A stretch of DNA of 62,934 bases, filler included, from Collodictyon triciliatum (Eukaryota), in assembly GCA_043381765.1 (NCBI GenBank). It is 5 parts of 5 records of this genome, joined end to end, with 100 filler letters (N's around TTAATTAATTAA, not from the genome) between each part and the next. Parts side by side here need not be neighbours in the genome. Positions count along the whole stretch, not along the records: positions 50,442 to 62,934 come from JBHJMP010002152.1; 4 more parts are not named here. One strand, written 5' to 3'. How positions within the stretch are numbered: position 1 is the first letter of the stretch; each line of letters begins with the position of its first letter. The notes beneath the pieces are model-generated. The model did not search any database. It was not told the origin of the DNA and saw only the letters and a list, made by a program, of their open reading frames with translations. Below, piece by piece: positions 61,601-62,934 of the stretch. A program made the position numbers and the translations under genes.

Positions 61601-62767
61601 CGAGCTAGTTCTAGAAACAATTCTCGTAATTCGTCTCGCTCACCGCCCACTGACAGGAAGCGGAGAGTGCACCAGGCTTACAATGAGTACGATGTTAATG
61701 AAATCAGGCGTCTGTGTTTACATCTAAGTGTATGGGCTGTAATTGTGCATCCGCTAGCTTTTTCTTGATGTTCTTTCCCTTTGATCAACTAATCTAATAT
61801 ATATCACCACATGGCTACCGTATGCTAGTCCGTACGAACTTAGGTTATCCGAATTAGATGAGGTAAGGTTTTCGCGTTTGATGGATATTCACGGGGTTAT
61901 CTATATTTATTTCATTGCCTCTAACCATGTTCAAACCCGCAGCGACTGAAACCCAGAGATTCGCATTCCCGGGGCAAACTGAATGCATCTGTACGCAGCA
62001 TGTAAGCATATGTTCTTTATTGCCCCTTCTGCCATCTTTCCTGATGGTACTCAGCTCCTCCCCGTTCTACGGGTCGAAGTATGGCTCATTTACATTTTTT
62101 TTTTCCCCATCAAGATCTGATGCCGAGGACGATACCAACAGTTCTTTTAGGCGCTCTGGCTCTACTCCACCAAGAGGTTGTCGATCTTTGATGATGCTGT
62201 TTTGCACGATACAGATTTCTTTGATTCCTCCTCCTCCTCCTCCTTATTTTTTTTTTTTTTTTTGCACATATTCATATGTTAGTTTTCTAGTCCTGAAAGT
62301 ATTTGCTTAGGAGCCCCCCATCATCTGAATCGCTCGCGTTTGGATGATGTACCTGACTCATCTCGTCTCTACGACTCCGTCAACCTCGAATCAGGTATTA
62401 TACTTCAAATGAGGAAGCACGCTCGCGTGCGAATGCTCGTGGAGATACAAATATATATATATATATATCAAATGATTTATTTCTCATAATTCTTTATTTC
62501 CTTCCTATCTTTTTTTACCTTGCGATTACATACCTTTCATTCCCGTTTGTTTGTTTTTTTTTATGTTTTTTTTTGTTTTGTTTTGGTTTGTTTTGGTTTG
62601 GTTTGGTTTGGTTTGGTTTGGTTTGTTTTGTTTTGTTTATTAACTGTTTCGGAATAATGGACATAGGCCTACCAACAACAGCATCGATAGAAGCGCGCAT
62701 TCAAAACCTCCAAGGCTACCTGGGACGAGCGAAACTTGCTGGCCGAGTCTCTCGCCCTCACTCTTAA
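58686..62767 (+). CDS. CCDC61: CCDC61/VFL3 (SAS-6-like head, coiled coil, Ser/Arg-rich tail), multi-exon
   Basis: Spliced protein MEALQRTVEWSFR|GLEYILQV...ADRW...|...RTKNYRRFPVFVNMLKSCL...RRYLLMQYQSEYDQ|AFFPIPLYFEKEPDVAYLKNTIRVLRQQL, with C-terminal IEARIQNLQGYL. These parallel the recalled CCDC61 motifs KTGNFKQF.IF..ML, KRYLIL.Y..EFDRIHYPLPL and IDARL.ALQ.Y. Confidence 0.85.
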
Positions 62768-62934
62768 TTGAAGCAGGGCGGCCGCAGACACAGCCATGCG
62801 CTCTCATCTTTAATACGCAGAATGTCCTATTACGCTCTACCTGGATTTATATATAAACGAGCCCATTTATATTGATGTTGGTCATATGTAACTCTCCAAG
62901 ACGGAAAAAACAAAAAAAAACAAAAAAAAACAAA

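Overview
AT-rich, intron-rich eukaryotic (protist-like) DNA read with the standard genetic code. Many introns are ~55-150 nt GT-AG, often with a CTAAC-like branch point. The window is five unrelated ~12.5 kb contigs joined by artificial 100-nt linkers (44 N + TTAATTAATTAA + 44 N) at 12516, 25125, 37736 and 50342, so nothing can be inferred from neighbourhood across those joins. Contig 1 (1-12515) is almost entirely non-LTR retroelement debris. Contig 2 holds a small Cys-motif protein gene, tRNA-Gly(TCC), a poorly resolved membrane-protein gene and an HMG-box gene flanked by LINE remnants. Contig 3 holds a large LRR/Cys-rich/multi-TM receptor gene with a tandem array of twelve 69-nt single-LRR exons, followed by retroelements. 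Contig 4 holds Rab2 and a long LRR + Sfi1-repeat + coiled-coil gene. Contig 5 holds a P4-ATPase fragment, a PHO80/U-type cyclin and CCDC61/VFL3. Three observations stand out. (1) An L1/Tx1-like LINE family whose ORF2 ends in a PCNA-binding PIP box that is a complete CRL4-Cdt2 PIP degron in two copies, with a PIP-like motif also at the end of ORF1. (2) A modular LRR exon cassette with variable beta-strand residues that could support exon shuffling or skipping. (3) Non-autonomous LINE derivatives and ultra-short retroposed insertions with target-site duplications. All calls come from manual reading and motif recognition; no database searches were run.
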